From Gemmatimonadaceae bacterium (GTDB lineage: Bacteria > Gemmatimonadota > Gemmatimonadetes > Gemmatimonadales > Gemmatimonadaceae): a stretch of 64,000 bases of DNA. A program made the position numbers and the translations under genes. The notes beneath the pieces were generated by a model. That model was not told where the DNA came from and did not search any database. It worked only from the letters and a program-made list of their open reading frames with translations. The stretch is taken from NCBI GenBank assembly GCA_025358925.1, contig JANYHT010000017.1, positions 180,432-244,431 of the forward strand. Direction: 5' to 3'. The first letter of the stretch is position 1. Every line of letters begins with the position of its first letter. Below are positions 29,401-38,760 of the stretch, in pieces.

Positions 29401-30160
29401 CTTCAATCCGCAAAAACTTGGGTTACCAAAGCGACTCACCATCAACTTGGCGTTCACGAACCCACTCGGCATTGCGGATCTCCTGGTGAACGGCAGCAAG
29501 AACGCGAAAGGGTGGGGTCAAGAAATTGCACCCGACCAAAGTCTGCTGTTTGTGCGCGGCTTCGACTCGGCAACGCAACGCTACAAATACGAGGTAAATC
29601 AACGCTTCGGTTCAACGCGACCGCAGCAATCAGTGAATCGCACACCGGCCTACGCGAGTTTGTCGTTCGGCTTTGACATTGGTGCACCGCGCGAACGTCA
29701 ACTTCTTACGCAACGACTTGACATGGGTCGCGGGCGACCAGGCTCCAAGCAGACTGCAGCCAATTTGAAGGCGCTCGGCTCGAGCTCAATTCCCAACCCC
29801 ATGACGCTCATTCTTACGCAGCAGGACTCGTTGAAACTTACGCGGAAGCAGGCCGATAGTCTGGCGTCGTTGAGCCGCAAGTTTACGCAGTTTGCGGATT
29901 CGGTGTGGACGCCGGTGTCGCGATATCTCGAAACCGTGCCGCAGCGATACAGCCACGACGAAGCGTATGATCGCTACGTGACCGCGCGGGAAGTCACCGT
30001 GGACTATCTCCTGAAAATTGTGCCCGACGTGAAGAAGCTGCTCACGTCGGCGCAGAAGCGAAAACTGCCGTCGCAGATCACCAACTATCTCGACACCCGC
30101 GTGCTCAAGTTTCTCCGCTCGTCCAGTTCGGGCGACATCAGCCCGTTCATGTTTCGCTAG
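26438..30160 (+). CDS. Oar-like TonB-dependent receptor with CarboxypepD_reg N-terminus and C-terminal helical extension
   Basis: GTG start after GGAG. IIRGRIIGPDSQPIPNVQV, NNTTFNG, SRGGFSGAQISI..GSN, GDVNGDG, barrel ending SFGFDIG, then about 150 helical residues. Confidence 0.75.
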   Translation: MKIRRILYAAVTFSLAAAAFAPTLSAQQGSDIIRGRIIGPDSQPIPNVQVRAISYSGSVTKAAKSDRNGRFTIIFVNGEGDYWLEYAALGFLPKRFEIKKIGEEEVMLADTKLSSSIATLDAVNITANGARALPNRNTTGTDVGGGDRSLVNGAAVPPDQAGNLAAMASTIPGIQLIPGMDGASDMFSALGLSGDQNNTTFNGVGSGINALPPDAQVRLSFNQFPWDVSRGGFSGAQISISSIPGSNYSFRNQSGYGTAPELQWTDENADSTGQKSTTLRYGGSARGPLTMDKRFYNTSYSLQRRFSDALTLLNASPLGLAAAGVASDSVTRLLGILNGKRVPVSVANAPSVNATDQVSVQANVDLMPSSSGTGHSFTVGTNGFYSHTQPTLGGFGGGSLLTTVPTRTNNNEIYFGSASLMHSNYFWFGVLSQSTLGVSVQHVASIPFLQYPSGSVRVNSMLDDGTSSIRTLSFGGSQSPVSQLTEAAQLSNQLTWYSNDSKHTLKLTSNLSREHNSSAANANLLGSFTFNSLADLDAGLPASYSRTLKSITGATDQISGGLSLGDAWRPSSRVQVQFGVRLDGNHFLYKPQHNAAVRSAFGIDNDNVPNKLYVSPRVGLQWTYGNSPQVAFVPGAARPPLAVIHAGAGVFQNVGPATLINGAVVNTGLPNSTQTIACVGLAAPTPLWDAYLTDPGTLPTRCADGTSGTVFSTGAPSVNAFDARYEQPRSLRSAVDWTAPVLDNRLVLGIQAVYSWNINQGSAVDLNLNPTTRFTLDNESGRPVFALPSAIVPLTGSIASASTRVNTAFQRVTLQSSDLRSTSKNLVLKLVPVTANKYLKWQLTYSLLDVRDQYNGFTSTVSNPFTKEWGAHLASGRHQLLLNWSSIPLFDFMYFNIAVMVKSGQRFTPLIAGDVNGDGGFFNDRAYVFDPASTSAQNSDPTLRSSMQTLLQSGAPATRECLSKQLNQLAARGSCQAPWVTTTNLNINFNPQKLGLPKRLTINLAFTNPLGIADLLVNGSKNAKGWGQEIAPDQSLLFVRGFDSATQRYKYEVNQRFGSTRPQQSVNRTPAYASLSFGFDIGAPRERQLLTQRLDMGRGRPGSKQTAANLKALGSSSIPNPMTLILTQQDSLKLTRKQADSLASLSRKFTQFADSVWTPVSRYLETVPQRYSHDEAYDRYVTAREVTVDYLLKIVPDVKKLLTSAQKRKLPSQITNYLDTRVLKFLRSSSSGDISPFMFR

Positions 30161-30270
30161 CGCGGAGTGGAGCAACCCTCCGTTCAGCCAGCGTGACAAA
30201 TTCACCACCACCGGCACCTGTACGTGTAGCAATCGTCCTTTCCCTGCTGATGACATCAACGAGACTAGTC

Positions 30271-31644
30271 ATGAAACGAGCTGCTCTGATCGCAACAGGT
30301 ATCGCGCTGGTGCTTGCCGCGAGGCCGACGATCGCGCAACAAAAGGTGCCGGTCATGGCGCTTGCACCATCGTCGGCAAAATCGCTCGAATCGTTCGGTG
30401 CCATTCTGGGCATTCGCCAACTGCCGAGTGGCGCGCTGTTGGTAAATGACGCGGGCCGTCGACGACTGGTGCTTCTCGACAAATCTTTCGCGACGTCGAC
30501 GGTGGTGATCGACTCCGCAGCTGGTGCGACGAACAGTTACGGACCGCGTCCCGCGCCACTCATCGCCTATCTTGGCGATTCGTCGCTCTTTGTGGATGCC
30601 GCGTCATCGTCCCTGCTGGTGATCGACCCAAGTGGCAAGGTGGCGCGCGTGATGGCCGCACCGAAGCCTGGAGACCTGCGGTTTCTCGGCGGCAGTCAGG
30701 CGTACGTCGACGATAAGGGACGGTTGCTGTATCGCGGCGTGCAAATGATGCGACAAAACGCCCCGCAGGTGCCGGGCGGTAAGTTAGCGCCCGTGCAACC
30801 ACCTGATTCTGCGCCAATTCTGCGCGCGGATTTTGATACGCGACAAGTCGATACCGTTGGTCGCGTGAAGTTGTCGAGCGGCACGCGGATGAATATGGAT
30901 CAAGGACCCGACGGCAAACTACAGATCAAGATGGTTGTCAATCCGTTGCAGACGATTGACGATTGGGCTGTACTATCTGACGGAACGCTCGCGTTCGTGC
31001 GCGGGCATGATTATCACGTCGATTTGTTCCACCCGAACGGTACGGTGTCCCAAGGATCCAAGCTGCCGTTTGATTGGAAACGATTGACCGACGAGAACAA
31101 GCAACAGCTTGTTGATTCTGCGCGCACAGCCATGGAAACGGCAATGAAGTCCACGGCGGCCAATGCAACGCCCGGAACGATGACGTTTGGCGACGGCGCG
31201 ATGGCGGCGGCCGCTGGAGGCGGTGGCGGCGCAATGACAATCGAGATTCATCGCGACGCTGGCGGTGGCATGGGCGGTGGCGGTGTGGTGATGGGCGGCG
31301 GCCCACCGGGGCACGCCATGGGCGCGCCGAAAATTGATTTTGTTCCGCTTAAGGAAATCGCGGACTATTATCCCGCGATTCGCGCTGGCGCGGCTCGCGC
31401 GGATCTCGACGGCAATCTGTGGATTCTTCCCACTACCTCAGCGCAATCACAGGGCGGGGAATTGGTCTACGACGTGGTGAACAAAAGCGGCGAACTATTC
31501 CAGCGCGTGCGTGTGCCGCAGGGGCGTTCGATCGCGGGCTTCGGCCGCAACGGCGTGCTGTATCTGGTGAGCGGAGATCGCACGAATGGGTTTTATCTCG
31601 AACGGTCGAGTATCATCGGCGGTGGGGCGCGCGCGACGCAGTAA
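30271..31644 (+). CDS. Secreted hypothetical protein (probable beta-propeller), paralog 1
   Basis: Signal peptide. Shares DSAPI.RADFDTR.VDT, D.WA..SDG..A.VR.HDYH.D, PFDWKRLTDE and P.GR..AGFG..GV.YL with 31789-33054. Gly/Met-rich linker. Confidence 0.75.
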   Translation: MKRAALIATGIALVLAARPTIAQQKVPVMALAPSSAKSLESFGAILGIRQLPSGALLVNDAGRRRLVLLDKSFATSTVVIDSAAGATNSYGPRPAPLIAYLGDSSLFVDAASSSLLVIDPSGKVARVMAAPKPGDLRFLGGSQAYVDDKGRLLYRGVQMMRQNAPQVPGGKLAPVQPPDSAPILRADFDTRQVDTVGRVKLSSGTRMNMDQGPDGKLQIKMVVNPLQTIDDWAVLSDGTLAFVRGHDYHVDLFHPNGTVSQGSKLPFDWKRLTDENKQQLVDSARTAMETAMKSTAANATPGTMTFGDGAMAAAAGGGGGAMTIEIHRDAGGGMGGGGVVMGGGPPGHAMGAPKIDFVPLKEIADYYPAIRAGAARADLDGNLWILPTTSAQSQGGELVYDVVNKSGELFQRVRVPQGRSIAGFGRNGVLYLVSGDRTNGFYLERSSIIGGGARATQ

Positions 31645-31680
31645 GCACCACGCATAGGTTGTCAAAAGCTTAACGCGACA

Positions 31681-31707
31681 GAACGGCGCTCTCAGGGGGC
31701 GCCGTTC
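31681..31707. terminator. GC-rich stem-loop between the paralogs (terminator or mRNA-stabilising hairpin)
   Basis: gaacggcgc-N9-gcgccgttc. No clear U-tract. Confidence 0.45.
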
Positions 31708-31788
31708 ATGCGTAAAAACTCAGCAAGTGGATATCCCTGTATATTTCATTCCGAGCATGCGCGACTGACCTGTTTTGGAGCACGCGAA

Positions 31789-33054
31789 ATGATGCTGAGC
31801 CGTTGCAAGTCCCTGTTTCTTATGTCTAGTGTTGCGTGCGCCGCGATGGCCAATCCCGCATTGGCACAACAAAAAGTGGTGACACGACCACTCGGCACCA
31901 TCACTGCTGTTTCAACAGATTCGCTCGGGCCACGCGTCGCGATTCGTGCATTGTCAACCGGCAAAGTGCTCGTAAACGACATCGTGCGGCATCGTGTATT
32001 GCTCTTCGACGAATCGCTCAAGTCGTACCGAGTCGTGATGGACTCAGCGGGCAACGGCGGCGCAAATGCCGCAGTTCCTGTTTCCCTCCCGTCCGCGCAG
32101 CTCATCACCTACACCGGCGACTCAACGTTGTATGTCGACATGTCGTCGATGTCACTGCTAGTGCTCGACCAGACAGGAAAAGTGGCGCATGTAATGGCGT
32201 TGCCCAAGCCGCGCGATGCGATTTTCCTTGGCGGCGGCATCGCCTTCGGCACCCCAGCAATGGATGCCAAAGGGCGACTCGTGTACCGCGGCGTGATCGT
32301 CAACTTGCCCAAACCGCCCGAGCCGGGAGCGACGCCAACATTCTCGCTGCCAGAGCAACCCGATTCTGCGCCGATTGTTCGCGCGGATTTTGATACGCGC
32401 AAAGTCGACACGCTGATCACAATGAAAGTGCTCAAGCCCGGCTCGATGAACATGGTCACGGATAAAGAAGGAAACATGACGATGAAAATCACCATGAATC
32501 CAGTTGATACCGGCGACGAATGGGCAATGATCTCCGATGGATCAATCGCGATTGTGCGCGCGCATGACTATCACATTGATTGGCTCGACGGCGATGGCAC
32601 GCGTCGCTCCACACCCAAGATGCCATTCGACTGGAAACGTCTGACTGATGAACGCAAGCAGTTCATGATCGATTCTATTCGCCCGGAATTGGAAAAGCAG
32701 TTGGCTACGACGAGTGCGAATTTGCCAATGATTCCCACGGCGAACGGCATGCGACGATTAAAAATCGCCTTTGATTTTCTCCCTCCAGCGAAGATGGCGG
32801 ACTACGAGCCGTCTGTTTCGCCTGGCTCGGTGCGCGCAGATCTCGACAACAACGTGTGGATCCTACCGCGCACGGCAGCGGGGACCGGATCGGGCGGCGT
32901 CGTCTACGATATCGTCAATCGCAAAGGCGAAGTGACGGAACGCGTGCAATTACCGAAGGGTCGCGCGTTGGCGGGCTTTGGCGCGGGCGGTGTCGTGTAT
33001 TTGCTGAACACCGATGGAAAAAGTGCGCTGCTCGAGCGCGCGCGGTTACGTTGA
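31789..33054 (+). CDS. Secreted hypothetical protein (probable beta-propeller), paralog 2
   Basis: Same conserved blocks as 30271-31644. Confidence 0.75.
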   Translation: MMLSRCKSLFLMSSVACAAMANPALAQQKVVTRPLGTITAVSTDSLGPRVAIRALSTGKVLVNDIVRHRVLLFDESLKSYRVVMDSAGNGGANAAVPVSLPSAQLITYTGDSTLYVDMSSMSLLVLDQTGKVAHVMALPKPRDAIFLGGGIAFGTPAMDAKGRLVYRGVIVNLPKPPEPGATPTFSLPEQPDSAPIVRADFDTRKVDTLITMKVLKPGSMNMVTDKEGNMTMKITMNPVDTGDEWAMISDGSIAIVRAHDYHIDWLDGDGTRRSTPKMPFDWKRLTDERKQFMIDSIRPELEKQLATTSANLPMIPTANGMRRLKIAFDFLPPAKMADYEPSVSPGSVRADLDNNVWILPRTAAGTGSGGVVYDIVNRKGEVTERVQLPKGRALAGFGAGGVVYLLNTDGKSALLERARLR

Positions 33055-33101
33055 CTCGGCTTACTTTCGACGATCTTTACGGAGAGGAGACCGCAAATTA
33101 G

Positions 33102-33287
33102 ATGCGTCTCATGCCGCAAGAACGCTGGGCGGAGACAGTCCGTTCAGCTGCTTGGTTCCACGCGCTCGAAGGCACCAGTGATCCCGACCCAGATCCTTCG
33201 AGTCCTTTCCACGATCCAGACGTTCGACGTTCCCGCCCTGTTGATGGGCGGGCAGGCCTGCGTGTTATACGGCGCGGCCGAGTATAG
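33102..33287 (+). CDS. Small hypothetical protein overlapping a nucleotidyltransferase remnant
   Basis: 61 aa, WFHALEGTSDPDPDP, RBS GGAG upstream. I recall such small ORFs preceding this NTase family, but this is unverified. Confidence 0.4.
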   Translation: MRLMPQERWAETVRSAAWFHALEGTSDPDPDPSSPFHDPDVRRSRPVDGRAGLRVIRRGRV

Positions 33288-33303
33288 TCGCGATCTCGAC
33301 CTG
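33178..33303 (+). pseudogene. N-terminal fragment of a Pol-beta-type nucleotidyltransferase
   Basis: LLMGGQACVLYGAAEYSRDLD (GG.A...YG...S.D.D). Similarity stops immediately after the DxD. Confidence 0.7.
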
Positions 33304-33827
33304 CCTCCGCTTGGAGCACTGGCGTCTTTCGCGCCACCAGGCATCGAGCTCGATTCAGGCATTTCCCCTTTCACTACTGCGAGCATAGCCACCGTATCTG
33401 AATGCGCGGCGCCGTTGACCATAAATGACCGCATCCAAATGTGTGCGTCCACCGTCGGCAGAGCGAGTATTGTAAAAGTATAACGGGCCTTCCTTGTCAA
33501 CAGCGAAGGGCAAATCGTTCACGCGTTTGCCGTCGCTGAATTCCCGGCGCAAGTACCGAGCGAGCTTGCGCATCCGTATCGATGTAGAGCATGCGCCGGT
33601 TCATCGGATCGACCAACAGCGTGCTGAAATCAATGCGCTGCACCACACGTTCACGACGATCACTGGCGATCACGCGTCCATCGCGCAGTTCTCGGATACT
33701 CGTAACGTCAGTAAACGGCGAAGTGAATTCCGCATCGGGCTTGCCGAGTGATTTGGCCGCGGGTTGCTGCGCGGAGGGAGCGGACATGACAAGCAGAAGA
33801 CATGAGTACCAACAAAATGGGTATCAT
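33304..33827 (-). pseudogene. Remnant of a third member of the 30271/31789 secreted family
   Basis: FTDVTSIRELRDGRVIASDRRERVV, FAVDKEGPLYF and HSDTVAML occur in different frames and parallel the paralogs. Deleted and frameshifted. Confidence 0.6.
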
Positions 33828-33890
33828 GCCGTAACGTGCCGATACTTACCGTCGGTATCAATTCTCTCTCCATTCTTTGGCCTAAGGCCT

Positions 33891-35030
33891 ATGTCGCGCA
33901 CTCGCTCTGCGGCAATCCTCCTCCTCGCTATCACTGCATGCAGCACTGATGGTCTTGGTGGAGTGGACGGCACTTCGACAGGCCTGACGCCAACGCGCGC
34001 CGTGCCGTGGACACCCAGTGTGTTCACGCAGCCCGTGCCGAGTTGGGGATCACCGGTGCGATTGAACTTGCCAGTCGCGCTTGCTGACATCTTGCTTGGC
34101 CCCATCTACGGACTCGGTGCCTTCGGTGCGCATGAAGGCGGTCATGTGGAAGGACTGAATCATGTGTGGATTCCAACGCGGCAAGGTATTCCTGTGCGTA
34201 GTTGGGCCGCCGGCACCGTCACGAAAATTGAAGACATGGGCGCGCGTGGTACGGCAGATGGTCGCCACGAATATTTCATCACGATTGACTACGGACAAGG
34301 ACTCGTCGGCAAGCATCTCGACGTCGATGTGCCGCTGGTCAAATTCGGCGACAAGGTGAAAGAAGGGGATCCAGTTGGCTCGATGAGCGGGAGTGCGGAG
34401 TTCAATCTCATCGACAACAATCGCACAGACGGTGAGCGTACCGGCGGAATCACCGGTGCACCGGTGTCACCCTTTGACTACTTACGTGATGACGTGAAAG
34501 CAGCGCTCGTTGCACGACACGTTGCCGAAGTAGTCGAACCATATTTTCGGAAGGGCAACGTAGCTGGCAATGGTCGTCCGTGGGAGCCGTATCTGACAAA
34601 CCAAATGTTGTATCACGCCGACCATCGCGGCACGTTTGTTGGCGAATGGATATTGACGAATAAAAACTGGAAAACACCGGACGCCGTGTACTACGATGTG
34701 ATGGCGTTGTTTGATGTAACGAATGCGTACGGACACTTTCAACGCATTGAGTTGATGGACCACGACTGGTCCGCTCTCGGCAACAAAAACCACATTGTCG
34801 GCGCGTGGCTTACGACCGATGGGCCGGGCAAAGTGGTGCTCGCACTCGAGCGAGGTGCGCCGTGGTTTGCGCTGTACGCGGTAACTGAAAGCAATGGTCG
34901 CGCCGCCTTGACGATGGAATGGAAGCAAGGCAGCTATCCGGTGGCGATTACCGCGAATGCGGCGTTCTACAGCGAGCGTTCGGCGATCTACCTTGGCGGT
35001 GACGCGCGGGCGTTGGGACTCGCGAAGTAG
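33891..35030 (+). CDS. Lipoprotein with M23-peptidase-like fold features
   Basis: Lipobox LLAITAC. IPVRSWAAGTVTKI, GKHLDV, VKFGDKVKEGDPVG. Confidence 0.55.
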   Translation: MSRTRSAAILLLAITACSTDGLGGVDGTSTGLTPTRAVPWTPSVFTQPVPSWGSPVRLNLPVALADILLGPIYGLGAFGAHEGGHVEGLNHVWIPTRQGIPVRSWAAGTVTKIEDMGARGTADGRHEYFITIDYGQGLVGKHLDVDVPLVKFGDKVKEGDPVGSMSGSAEFNLIDNNRTDGERTGGITGAPVSPFDYLRDDVKAALVARHVAEVVEPYFRKGNVAGNGRPWEPYLTNQMLYHADHRGTFVGEWILTNKNWKTPDAVYYDVMALFDVTNAYGHFQRIELMDHDWSALGNKNHIVGAWLTTDGPGKVVLALERGAPWFALYAVTESNGRAALTMEWKQGSYPVAITANAAFYSERSAIYLGGDARALGLAK

Positions 35031-35104
35031 CCGCATTTGTACCGGCGCTGAAAACAACCCATCACAAATACGTGGCATCGCTCTCGTCTTCCACCGGAGT
35101 TTCC

Positions 35105-35461
35105 GTGTCTACTGCGGCTACGATTGTTGTTGCGCTGATTGGTGTTCTGCACGTCTACATCCTCGTGCTGGAAATGTTTTTGTGGGATAAGCCCGCTGGA
35201 CTTCGCGCGTTTCGACAGACGCAGGCGGCCGCAACGGCGTCCAAAGTTTTAGCTGCGAACCAAGGTCTCTACAACGGCTTTCTCGCGGCGGGATTGTTCT
35301 GGGGCGTACGGTTGGGCACGGCTGGACGCGACGTAAGCGTATTCTTCCTCCTCTGCGTGCTCGTTGCGGGCGTGTATGCAGCGGCGACTGCAAATAAAAA
35401 AATCTTATTCGTGCAGGCGGTACCAGCGGCAATAGGATTGGCACTGGTTTTGCTCGGGTAG
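35105..35461 (+). CDS. DUF1304 membrane protein
   Basis: LHVYILVLEMFLW, ANQGLYNGFLAAGL. Confidence 0.88.
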   Translation: MSTAATIVVALIGVLHVYILVLEMFLWDKPAGLRAFRQTQAAATASKVLAANQGLYNGFLAAGLFWGVRLGTAGRDVSVFFLLCVLVAGVYAAATANKKILFVQAVPAAIGLALVLLG

Positions 35462-35547
35462 GTATCGTACCAAACGGTACAATCATCTTTGGTTTAACTA
35501 CGTTGCCCGCTCTGTGGTGCCAACCTTCACTCTTAACGAGCAATGCC

Positions 35548-35952
35548 TTGGATCAACCAGAAGCAACCCCGACTATTCCGCTCCGCTTTGGCGTGTTCTA
35601 TCCGCAAGGCTCCGTCGTTCTCGCGTTTCCTGACGCCGCGACCGCCGAACATGTGCGCGTGAGTCTATTGGAGGGTGGTTATGACGACACGGAGGTACAA
35701 CTTTTTACGGCAGAATACGTCGCGAAAGCATCCGAGACCAACACCGAGCATGCCTCGGCACTCGCGAAGGTAGTCGGCGCAGAACTTGATGCCGTGGCGC
35801 GGCACCTCGAATTGGCGAAGGAAGGCAATGCCTTCTTGGTCGTGCCGGCACCATCTGATGCAGAAACCACACGAGTGTTGCGCGTTGCGCATCGACACAC
35901 ATTAACGTTAGCGCAGAAATACGACCGGTTTACGATCTCGGAACTGCTGTAG
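35548..35952 (+). CDS. Conserved hypothetical protein
   Basis: FGVFYPQGSVVLAF...AQKYDRFTISEL. Start uncertain. Confidence 0.65.
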   Translation: MDQPEATPTIPLRFGVFYPQGSVVLAFPDAATAEHVRVSLLEGGYDDTEVQLFTAEYVAKASETNTEHASALAKVVGAELDAVARHLELAKEGNAFLVVPAPSDAETTRVLRVAHRHTLTLAQKYDRFTISELL

Positions 35953-38136
35953 TCACGGACGCGCGATTGCGTCTCGCCACGGCGCGAAGTCGTCATACAA
36001 ACGACGCACGAACGAATCGCCAAGTTGAATGCGCGTGATGGCACCGTTGCGGGATGCATCGTGTACAAGCAATTCAATTTTTGGCAATGACCCATCGTCA
36101 CGCGGTAAGAAAGCCGTAGGCGGAATAGTTGCCACGAACGCATTCGGCACCGGCTTGCCAGCGGTCGCATGCGCCGCTGCGTTCACCAGCGCTGGTATGT
36201 GCGACGATGCGTCGAGTGCGACGGCCGCACCGTCTCGCAAAAGTTCGACCGCTGCAACATCGCCGCGCTTAATATCGAATATTTTTTCAGGAGCATACGA
36301 CGGCCACGGCACTTTGTCTGGCGTAACCTCTAGCACGTACACCGCACGTCGTGACGTCACAAGCGAGCTCCACGCACTCCACTGTTCGATCGGGTCCACC
36401 ATTTCGTATGCGCCACCAGAGGGCCTCGGGTTGGCATCTTTCCACGCACGCGCTTGTGCCGCGCGCCACGCAAATATCGGGGTGGGCATGATGGTCACGC
36501 GCACGTCGCCATTTCGCGCCATTCGCGATTTCGCATCAACGCCGCGTTCAAGTATCGCGAGCACTGCCGCGTCTGGATAACGCGCTCGCACGTTGTTCAC
36601 ACGCAGCGTGCTTTCGGCAGCCATTCGCGTCCGCCGCGCAAGTTCACGCTTCACTGAATCTTTCTGCGCGCGCTTAGCGCTGTCTGCTACGGCTTTTGCC
36701 GTAAGCGCTTTCGCTGAGTCTACGCTCGGCGTGACCGACACCACCGTCAAAGCCGGTACGCTTGATGGAACAACCACGACACGCGTCGCCGTGTCGGCAA
36801 TGGCGCGAGGCGGCGTCGCGTCAGTGTTGGACGGCGGCGATTCACGTGATTCGCGCGCAACAGCAAACCATAGCGCAGCCGCAACAGGCACAGCGCCCAG
36901 TACCAGCCATGGCCAAAGCGAACGCGCTGGCAGACGCGGCAACGGCCTCCCATCGGTCACCGCAGGTCCCCCGGTATCCGACGCGAGCGCATCGGTAGTC
37001 GTCACGCCCGTTGCAGACGCACGCGACACAACCGCGAGTGGCACTGGTGGTGTTGGTAAAGCGCTTAACACACCGCCGGTGATGCGCTGCGAATCGCCCG
37101 CGCTGTGCGGTGTGCGCGCCGCGACATTCGCCACGCGCGTATCAAGTGCGCGACGATAGAGTTCCGCCGTTTGCGTGGGCGTCATTGCACTAATCGCACC
37201 AGAAAATGCATGCGCAAAATCAGACACCGTTTCAAATCGTTCGTGCGGTTCCGGCGACAATGCCCGATCAAAAATCTCTTGGAGCGTTCCGTTCCATTCA
37301 ACATCGCGCTTGGCTTCCTGCAACGTGCGCGGGCGACTCGTGAGCCGCGCAATCAGCGATTCCTTTGACGACTCTGACGGGAACGCCTGCTTACCGGTAA
37401 GCGCAAAAAACGCTACCAAGGCCAGTGCATACTGATCACTTCGCGCATTGAGAGTGTCACCCGCTAACTGCTCTGGTGACATGTACTCGGGCGTGCCAAT
37501 GGCGAAGCCCGTACGCGTCACCCGCTGATCGCTCCCATCCATCGACCGCGCGATACCAAAGTCCACGAGCTTCACCATGTACGTGCCATCGCTGCGACGG
37601 CCGAGCATGATATTGTCGGGCTTGATGTCGCGATGCAGCATATTCAGATCGTGCGCTGCCTGTAGTGCATCCGCCGCTTGGCCGAGAATGTCAGCGGCCA
37701 CATCCGGATGCAACACACCATCGCGATCCAGCATCGCGCCCATCGATTGGCCATCCACATATTCCATCGCGAGATACACGACGCCTTCTGGCGTTTCGCC
37801 GAAATCGAAAATGGCCGCAATGTTGGGATGTGACAATTGACTCGCGTGTTCGGCCTCGCGCGTGAAGCGCTGCAGCGCATCAATATCGCCCACCAACGCG
37901 GGCCGCATGATTTTGATCGCGCTCTTGCGCTTCATTCGCACGTGTTCGGCCAGATACACCTGACCCATGCCGCCCTCGCCAATGCGCGACACAATCCGAT
38001 AGCGATCCGCGATTACCGTGCCCACGAGGTCGCCGAGCTGTCCACCGCGGATAAGCCGTGTGCCGTCCGTTGCGCAAAACGCGACGGCGTCATCATAGGT
38101 CGCACCGCATTGGGGACAGATTTTCGTCAGAGACAC
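35953..38136 (-). CDS. Hanks-type Ser/Thr protein kinase: N-terminal Zn ribbon, TM helix, novel C-terminal extracytoplasmic domain
   Basis: CPQC..CATDG, IGEGGMGQVY, AIK, HRDIKPDN, DFG, GTPEYMSPEQ. TM WPWLVLGAVPVAAALWFAV. Confidence 0.93.
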   Translation of the reverse strand: MSLTKICPQCGATYDDAVAFCATDGTRLIRGGQLGDLVGTVIADRYRIVSRIGEGGMGQVYLAEHVRMKRKSAIKIMRPALVGDIDALQRFTREAEHASQLSHPNIAAIFDFGETPEGVVYLAMEYVDGQSMGAMLDRDGVLHPDVAADILGQAADALQAAHDLNMLHRDIKPDNIMLGRRSDGTYMVKLVDFGIARSMDGSDQRVTRTGFAIGTPEYMSPEQLAGDTLNARSDQYALALVAFFALTGKQAFPSESSKESLIARLTSRPRTLQEAKRDVEWNGTLQEIFDRALSPEPHERFETVSDFAHAFSGAISAMTPTQTAELYRRALDTRVANVAARTPHSAGDSQRITGGVLSALPTPPVPLAVVSRASATGVTTTDALASDTGGPAVTDGRPLPRLPARSLWPWLVLGAVPVAAALWFAVARESRESPPSNTDATPPRAIADTATRVVVVPSSVPALTVVSVTPSVDSAKALTAKAVADSAKRAQKDSVKRELARRTRMAAESTLRVNNVRARYPDAAVLAILERGVDAKSRMARNGDVRVTIMPTPIFAWRAAQARAWKDANPRPSGGAYEMVDPIEQWSAWSSLVTSRRAVYVLEVTPDKVPWPSYAPEKIFDIKRGDVAAVELLRDGAAVALDASSHIPALVNAAAHATAGKPVPNAFVATIPPTAFLPRDDGSLPKIELLVHDASRNGAITRIQLGDSFVRRLYDDFAPWRDAIARP

Positions 38137-38760
38137 GCGGCGCGCGAAGGGAGGCAGGAAGGACAGAACATCGGGCAATACGTACGCGTAAAGTAGCGCG
38201 CGACCTGCCACGAGTGGCGATACTTACCTCGCCTGTTGCCCCGAGCGACAATGAACGCGCACGCCACTCTTCGGTTCAAAACAGCGACGACCCTCTCAGC
38301 CTGCGGTTGCATGGTCGCGAGGCCAGATGGTCCAACACGGCGCGATTGTTCCGTTACTCAGTTGTAACGGGTCCAAAACTGCGCGATCGAGCTCGCCATT
38401 GATCCCTGCAACGCGCCGAGTCCATGATCCGTTTGAACGCGAGAATTTCGAGTGATAGTGCGGGAGTGCGACTCACACCGCCGCGTTGGCGATAGCTCCA
38501 CGCAGAGTCGGGCGTTGGCGGGACGTGTCGAGGGACGAAAATCGACTGCTGGACGAGAATCGGAGCGTACAGTCGTCCCACGTGTCCAGCCGTAACGCCG
38601 CGACGATAGCTAGAAGGATTTTCGTGCGGCGCGATGTGAAGCGGATCATCACCCGCAACTTGCCGCGCGCGCAATTGACCCGGCAAGGTTGGCGATGAAC
38701 GGTTGCGTAGCGCAATATTTGCAGGCACGGTGCCGAACACGTTTTGTCCGGAGATAGCGC

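Noticed and set aside
31190-31330. GGC/ATG-rich repeat-like tract
   Set aside because: Encodes a Gly/Met low-complexity linker inside a CDS.
38212-38760. ORFs 38354-38809 and 38473-38715 between the kinase and Sel1 genes
   Set aside because: No recognisable motif. May be a decayed gene or regulatory DNA, but I cannot support a call.
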